Virus record (IMG/VR): IMGVR_UViG_3300018984_000003
Location: 45,787 to 109,786 of that record
Reading direction: 5' to 3' (one strand)
From: a virus
Lineage: Duplodnaviria; Caudoviricetes
Length of the DNA: 64,000 nt
The notes below the pieces were generated by a model. The model was not told the DNA's origin, did no database searches, and saw only the letters and a list, made by a program, of their open reading frames with translations. Numbering within the stretch: the stretch's first letter is position 1; every line of letters starts with the position of its first letter. The position numbers were made by a program, and so were the translations under genes. Below, piece by piece: positions 58,507 through 64,000 of the stretch.

Positions 58507-58791
58507 ATGAATTTAACCCAATCTGCCCCGATGTCAGAGAACAATTACCTGTCAGTGAGTGAGTACGCGGCGATCATCGGCATTGCCGTCTCGATCGGAG
58601 AAACAAACCTGATTGAATCCACAGCCGCCAAAATATGCCTGTTTGGAGGCATCGCAACACTAAGAACGTTCGATCATCATACCAGTGACGAGATAACGGC
58701 GTATCCTGTGACGATTCTGGCGGCGCTGTTCGATGTCTACTTGCGACTTGCCTCCGACCGTCCCCCGACAACCGACAACGCCCAAAACTGA
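58507..58791 (+). CDS. Hypothetical protein (its N-terminus is duplicated near 57867)
   Basis: MNLTQSAPMSENNYLSVSEYA versus MNLSKTAPQPENNYLSASEYA. Confidence 0.65.
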   Translation: MNLTQSAPMSENNYLSVSEYAAIIGIAVSIGETNLIESTAAKICLFGGIATLRTFDHHTSDEITAYPVTILAALFDVYLRLASDRPPTTDNAQN

Positions 58792-58990
58792 AGCGAGAGG
58801 GAAATTGACTACCCTCTATTATTACTGAGTCTGTTACGCAGTTATTTGTATTTTATAATCTTCCTACGTGACAGACTCATCTATTCTATCTCTTATTCTA
58901 CCTGTATCCTGACTGTAGAGCTTGTATGAACTTTGAAATCAGAAAACAAAGCAATCTCAACAGATAGAACGGATAAACGTCTCTCGCTCC
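58790..58990 (+). repeat. Dispersed intergenic element, copy I (full length), followed by a TTGACA promoter
   Basis: GAAGCGAGAG ... CTCTCGCTCC, both internal inverted repeats. Confidence 0.9.
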
Positions 58991-59103
58991 TCACCGCCCT
59001 TTAAAAATCTTTTTGAAATAACTTGACATAAAGGGTTGTCGTCTGCTAGTCTTTAGTAGTTAAGAAAAACAGCATCCAGCGTAACGCTCAAGAGACAAAC
59101 AAA

Positions 59104-59595
59104 ATGACACTGACAGCAGCAGCAAAAATCGAACTAATCGAAACGACCCTTGCAGACGGCAAATACCGCACACTGCAAAAGCAACTGAAGGAATTGAAAG
59201 ATGCGGAACAAATTACTACCAGATGCTATCTCAGTAATAGCCACGAATTATTGAAAGCAGAAGCGCAACGCATTATTCTCGAACTGAAGCCAAACACGCG
59301 AGACAGCCAACCTGGAAATGTGGCGACAGCGAAAGATTGCTATGCTCCGCCCTTAGTTGACTTGTTACTTAGTGAACATCCAGACCGCTGCATAGTGGTT
59401 TCAGGGTTTACCAATTTTGATGAATACTTCAAACGTAAAGTCTCGCATCTTGACGGCGTTTTTAACGAGTTGGATAATAGCTGGCGGTTTTGTCTCGCTA
59501 CTCTCCCGTTGCTGTTGGTGTACTTCCCAATGCCCGACTATCAGCACTCAGACACTTTAAAAAGAGAATTTGAGCCGATCGAGTGCGGATTTTAA
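59104..59595 (+). CDS. Hypothetical early protein
   Basis: First ORF after the promoter at 59023. Confidence 0.7.
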   Translation: MTLTAAAKIELIETTLADGKYRTLQKQLKELKDAEQITTRCYLSNSHELLKAEAQRIILELKPNTRDSQPGNVATAKDCYAPPLVDLLLSEHPDRCIVVSGFTNFDEYFKRKVSHLDGVFNELDNSWRFCLATLPLLLVYFPMPDYQHSDTLKREFEPIECGF

Positions 59596-59751
59596 GTCAA
59601 ATGAAACATAATTTAATAGATAAAAATCCCTCATCAAAGAGTTTTATCTGCTGTATTTTCAATCTCCGACGGGCAATGCTCTAAAAATTTTATTGAGTAA
59701 AATTGATGTTGATCGGATTATCTACTTTGAAAAGTCCAGACAATCTTTAAT

Positions 59752-59949
59752 TTGGAGGGAGACGCTATGAGATGGAAATTTAGGACGGCGATCGAGATAC
59801 TGGCAAAATTAGAACCCAATCCAAAAATAGATCGCAGTTGGTCAAATCGTTCTCGCATTTATGGAATCTTGAAGCGAAAAGGCTACCACTACCGCAACTG
59901 GAGGGGAGATCCTAGCCGATGGATTGAACCGCTAGACAACTCACTTTAA
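59752..59949 (+). CDS. Small basic hypothetical protein
   Basis: GGAGG RBS before MRWKF. Confidence 0.5.
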   Translation: MEGDAMRWKFRTAIEILAKLEPNPKIDRSWSNRSRIYGILKRKGYHYRNWRGDPSRWIEPLDNSL

Positions 59950-59970
59950 AAACAGAAACCTCACCGACTA

Positions 59971-60204
59971 TTGAATTATCTAACCCAATCCTATAAACAT
60001 ATAGACTCAAATCACAAACTGGTTCAGCTATTAGCACGTAACATAGCGCTAAATCACGGCTACACCCTACCAGATGGAGACTTAAACGAATCTAATTCCC
60101 CTCGTGCTTTTCTGTTTATGAGTGATGCTGAAATTGGATTACAGGTGATCGCCTCTTACTTAGCGGAGAACAATCTGCATTTTGAAACACTAATAAAAGA
60201 ATAA
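59971..60204 (+). CDS. Hypothetical protein
   Basis: 77 aa followed by a terminator. Confidence 0.5.
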   Translation: MNYLTQSYKHIDSNHKLVQLLARNIALNHGYTLPDGDLNESNSPRAFLFMSDAEIGLQVIASYLAENNLHFETLIKE

Positions 60205-60248
60205 GAAAAAGAAAGAACGCCCCGGACTGCCGGGGTTTTTTTGCAGGA

Positions 60249-60413
60249 GAAGCGAGATATAATTGGTTTATCTGTGTGGCTAAGTTTCTCATTTAGATTT
60301 TTGTATTTTATAATATCTTTACGTAACAAACTCATCTATTATATTGCCGATTCTATAGCCGTTTCGTTTGTAGAGGTTGCTTGAGTTTTGATTGTAAGTT
60401 TAAAAGAGAGAGA
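60249..60413 (+). repeat. Dispersed intergenic element, copy J
   Basis: GAAGCGAGA..TATAAT..CGTAACAAACTCATCTATT..TGTAGAGG. Confidence 0.85.
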
Positions 60414-60416
60414 AAC

Positions 60417-60695
60417 TCAGAGCCACAGGTCGCCGTCTTGAATTAGGGTGCGATCTGCGGCAACATTATCACGATTAGAGCGGCGATGGTGGAGGCGGTG
60501 GACAGATGCGCTCGAACAGATTTCAAGGTTGTCGGGATGATTATTGGCGGGGTCGCCGTCTAGATGGTGGACAACCTCACCGCGTCTCAATTCCCTCCCT
60601 AGCTTCTGAGCGGCAACGACGCGGTGCAAGTAGACCGTCTGATACTTGCCTCGCTTCATCTTATTTTTTATATTATTGACAAAAACCGATTGCAT
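60417..60695 (-). CDS. HNH endonuclease domain protein
   Basis: HRVVA..LGREL..EVVHHLDGDPANNHPDNL..H...H. Confidence 0.85.
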   Translation of the reverse strand: MQSVFVNNIKNKMKRGKYQTVYLHRVVAAQKLGRELRRGEVVHHLDGDPANNHPDNLEICSSASVHRLHHRRSNRDNVAADRTLIQDGDLWL

Positions 60696-60902
60696 TTAAT
60701 ACACTATAAAAGTCAGACATTAGAAAGAACACTAATAATATTATGATAGTCAAAAAGTTTGGAATTGATTTTAACTTTCCAGACGGAGCCTTGACATTGG
60801 AACCAAGCAGCGGGCGGCAGCCCTGACATTTTCGACAAATTGCCCTAATGGTCATTCGCCGCCCCGCCCCATCAAAAAACATTTCGCAATCTTAAAAGTA
60901 AA

Positions 60903-61619
60903 ATGATTAACAATAATTCTCAATTGACCGATATAAGCGCTTGGAATGCTGATAAGTCTGGATTGTTTGATTCTAAACTAGAATTATTTAACAAGTTAAA
61001 TCCAGACATCCAATGTAATGACTGGATCTGCGATGACTGGACTTTTGATTTTCGTGACAACAAATGGGATTTGTATTTTATAAAATGGGACAGAGCCGAA
61101 AAAGGTAAACTATTTTATAAAGTAGTGGGAAAATGGGAACCATTTATAGAGCCGGGCGTTTTAGATGAGGGCAAAGAAATCGAAAGGGTAGACAAGGTAG
61201 TTATAAGAGGCGTAGATGTAAAAAAATGGAATCAAAATGATGAAACTTTTAAGTTTTCTTCTTCATGTTTTTCTAAATGTTCACTAAAGCGTCATGAAGC
61301 CTTGGTGATGTGTTATGGAAATTTTGAACATTTTCCGAAAGACTGCGTTGACATTGATGTTGAAATATTTAAAGATTTGATGGACAAAACCCATAAACTT
61401 CTCTTAGAAAAATGCAATAGTTTAATTCAAACAGCTACTCGAAAGAGGTTCAAGAGAGGATGGGTTTTTTACAAAATGAGAGAAGATTACCCTGCTATAG
61501 ATAAACTGTGGAAGCCACATGGATTTTATTATGAAATTTTGATCGACGTGGCACATTACTATAGCTACAAACACAAAAGTGTTCACCCAGAGGATATAAA
61601 AAGACAGAAAGGGTATTGA
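60903..61619 (+). CDS. Hypothetical protein (AT-rich)
   Basis: 238 aa ORF. Confidence 0.7.
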   Translation: MINNNSQLTDISAWNADKSGLFDSKLELFNKLNPDIQCNDWICDDWTFDFRDNKWDLYFIKWDRAEKGKLFYKVVGKWEPFIEPGVLDEGKEIERVDKVVIRGVDVKKWNQNDETFKFSSSCFSKCSLKRHEALVMCYGNFEHFPKDCVDIDVEIFKDLMDKTHKLLLEKCNSLIQTATRKRFKRGWVFYKMREDYPAIDKLWKPHGFYYEILIDVAHYYSYKHKSVHPEDIKRQKGY

Positions 61620-61666
61620 TGATTATCTTTGGTAAGAGGATTTATGCCAAACACGGGGCGGTTTTT

Positions 61667-61835
61667 CTTTTCTCTTTCACTAAAACTTATATGCAAAAGC
61701 CGATCAACCTCTACAGGTGGAATCTATATATAAACGAGAACATAATAGATGAGTTTGTCACGCAGTAAAGTTGTAAAATATAAAAGTCTGAGTGACAGAC
61801 TCATCTATAAAGACCAACTAATTGTCTCTCGCCTC
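61667..61835 (-). repeat. Dispersed intergenic element, copy K
   Basis: CCTCTACAG..AATAGATGAGTTTGTCACGCAG..CTGAGTGACAGACTCATCTAT..TCTCGCCTC. Confidence 0.9.
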
Positions 61836-61836
61836 T

Positions 61837-62874
61837 CTATAAAACCGCCGCACCCCCGGCAAGGGTTCTCAATGAATTTTCAACCCCAATGATTGTGCTG
61901 ACGATCGCCCTCGCAACAGGCACAGAAACGCCGTTGCCAGCAACAAAACAGGTCACGACCTCATTACCCATCACATACGAGTCAGGGACGCCCTGAAGTG
62001 CAAGTAAACAGCGTCCTGACAGCTTATATCCGACCGCCTCCCCTTGTGGTTTGAAAAAATCCCGTCGATATACCACAACGGGACGCCAACCGCCCGATCG
62101 CAACCCTTCACACGATCGAACAGTGGGAGAAGGAGAAGCCCAATGAGTCACCCCTGGTTTGCCTGGATTGGAACCAGCCCCGCCAACTAGCAAGGCGATG
62201 TCATTGGCGGCTATTTTCCCTGATTCCATCAATGCGGCGATCGCGTTGACTTGGTAGGGTGCGAGAGTTTTCTCTTTACAGGTTCTAAGGTGACGTTCTA
62301 ACCCTGCATACCAACCGACGCGGGGGCGGTAGTAGGGCGTAAAATCCAACCGCTCAACAACCTCACAATCTAAACCCGCCACCAGATAGAGGCGATCTCG
62401 ACTTTGAGGAACCCCGAAATCTGCTGAGTTTAATCGGAACTGCCGGAAATAATAACCGAGGCGGGTCAAGGTTTCACGGATCAGTTTATAGGCTTCTGTT
62501 GCCGCATAATCTCCCACATTCTCTAATACAAAGTAACGCGGTCTGATTGCGCTCAAAGCACGGTTAACTCCATAAGCCAACTGCAAATCTAAATCAAAAG
62601 CAAGTTCTTTTTCTGTCTCGCTCCCGTGACGTTTTGCACGGCTGGAATTTTTGCAAGGGGGCGATGCTTGCAACATCCAACAACCTTTGTTCCCCCATTC
62701 ATTCACCTCTCGAATGTCGAAAACCTGAATCAGTCCCCCATGATTCAGTCGGTAAATTTCTGCCTTCTTTTCATCCAGTTCTATCGCCCCGCTAGGGGTT
62801 AGCCCTGCCTGCTTTGCTCCTTCTACAAACAACCCGCCTCCGGCAAATAGGCTAATCAGTTTTCTAGTTTTCAT
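61837..62874 (-). CDS. C5-cytosine DNA methyltransferase
   Basis: LFAGGG, ASPPC, LENV, PQSRDR, LQGVPD, AGNGV. Confidence 0.92.
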   Translation of the reverse strand: MKTRKLISLFAGGGLFVEGAKQAGLTPSGAIELDEKKAEIYRLNHGGLIQVFDIREVNEWGNKGCWMLQASPPCKNSSRAKRHGSETEKELAFDLDLQLAYGVNRALSAIRPRYFVLENVGDYAATEAYKLIRETLTRLGYYFRQFRLNSADFGVPQSRDRLYLVAGLDCEVVERLDFTPYYRPRVGWYAGLERHLRTCKEKTLAPYQVNAIAALMESGKIAANDIALLVGGAGSNPGKPGVTHWASPSPTVRSCEGLRSGGWRPVVVYRRDFFKPQGEAVGYKLSGRCLLALQGVPDSYVMGNEVVTCFVAGNGVSVPVARAIVSTIIGVENSLRTLAGGAAVL

Positions 62875-62943
62875 TACTTTTCTCGTTTAATTAATTGAAA
62901 AAGGAGTCTGTCGACTCCATCTCTTCCTGATTTTGGTTAATTT

Positions 62944-63774
62944 CTAGCTAATGCCGTGACCATTAACCGCATCTTCAATTTCTTCATCTCCGCTGTACAC
63001 GTCTGCCATTCGTTCGGCTAGTTCGTCTTCTGCCGTTTCACCATTGAACGGGGTTAATGCGATCGCATCATCCGAAGTCTCTTCTTCAATTCGTGCCGCT
63101 TCTAATTCAGCATCACCGGAGTCCATCGCAATGTCTTCAGCCAATATTCCGTCAAGTTTATCTAGTTCAGGTTGCTCGTCTAACCCGCGAAGATCCTCAG
63201 CTAATCGTGCGTTATTTTCTGAAATTAGCAATGAGTGAGGATCGGAGACACCGGGAATCAGCAAAACATCTGAAAGATTCTCGCAATATAATGCGTAAAC
63301 ATTGAGACGGCGATCTATCACCGTTTCAAATATGGATGGAGGGAACGAAAGCCGATCTCCCTCATACCGAATCAACCCTTGATAGCTTGGTTCGTTTAGA
63401 CACAACACATCAATTGAGTTTTTGCAATGGGGTTCATCATAGGAAGCATTCAACTTGACCCTTACGTTCTCATCGTCCAGAAAGGTGCTGACCGTTCCGA
63501 GAATCGCTTGCTCAGGGGTGAAATCTTGCACCCCAATAAACCTCATCAACTCAATCCAAACGTCAGAAACTTTATTAAAGCCTGACGACATCTTACGAAA
63601 CACATTATCAGTAGGTTTAAAATCGCCTAGTTGTTCTTTGCACTTAGGCGGCAATATTTTTTGCAATTCTGATACTGACAACGATGGATCTAGGTTAAAA
63701 GCTAATCTTTCTTTAAGAATCCAATCTTTCAGAATTCTGTCTGTCCTGTATTCAGTTGTTCTGTAAGTCGGCAT
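62944..63774 (-). CDS. Hypothetical protein with an acidic C-terminal tail
   Basis: 276 aa, GAGG RBS. Confidence 0.7.
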   Translation of the reverse strand: MPTYRTTEYRTDRILKDWILKERLAFNLDPSLSVSELQKILPPKCKEQLGDFKPTDNVFRKMSSGFNKVSDVWIELMRFIGVQDFTPEQAILGTVSTFLDDENVRVKLNASYDEPHCKNSIDVLCLNEPSYQGLIRYEGDRLSFPPSIFETVIDRRLNVYALYCENLSDVLLIPGVSDPHSLLISENNARLAEDLRGLDEQPELDKLDGILAEDIAMDSGDAELEAARIEEETSDDAIALTPFNGETAEDELAERMADVYSGDEEIEDAVNGHGIS

Positions 63775-64000
63775 AATTTTCCTCTCTTTTTTTTTGGTTT
63801 AAGTGTTATTAATCTAACATCTTAAATTGTTCACGTCAACCCTTTTTAATACCTGTCTCTGGGAGTGGTGGTCAAAAAAAAAAGCCCCCACGGTTGGCGA
63901 TGGGAGGCTGAAGTTTAATATGGTAATTTTATTTTACACAGAAGCGAGAGATAAAAGATCTCTCAATTCATCAATGATTGACTCTCGCCACTTCAGATGT

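Overview
This window is most of a temperate tailed phage, prophage or phage-plasmid of a probably filamentous cyanobacterium. Host evidence: at least 14 HIP1 GCGATCGC sites, an STRR2-type heptamer array and a CyRepA1-like primase-helicase. The left half (1-23.2 kb) is morphogenesis: tape measure, DUF2213 protease/scaffold, DUF2184-type major capsid, head-tail and tail genes, DUF1073-type portal and terminase. No tail sheath and no integrase are visible. The right half holds two HU genes, replication, three DNA methyltransferases, lysis genes, a degenerate tRNA-CAT and many small early/accessory genes. Two features stand out. (1) Five late-operon paralogs share an N-terminal domain, an R-x-D-[A/G] motif also present in the capsid, portal and scaffold proteins, and a Cys4 motif, but carry swapped C-terminal domains (ADP-ribosyltransferase, JAB, zincin, tandem ParB-like, tandem wHTH). 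This is a candidate protease-matured polymorphic capsid-cargo system. (2) Eleven dispersed copies of a 140-200 bp intergenic element have nested inverted repeats, fixed spacing and an embedded TATAAT. Also seen: three candidate structured ncRNAs, an in-frame orphan second terminase C-terminus, a chimeric orphan antitoxin and several genes broken by in-frame stops. All family assignments come from motif recognition by eye, not from database searches.
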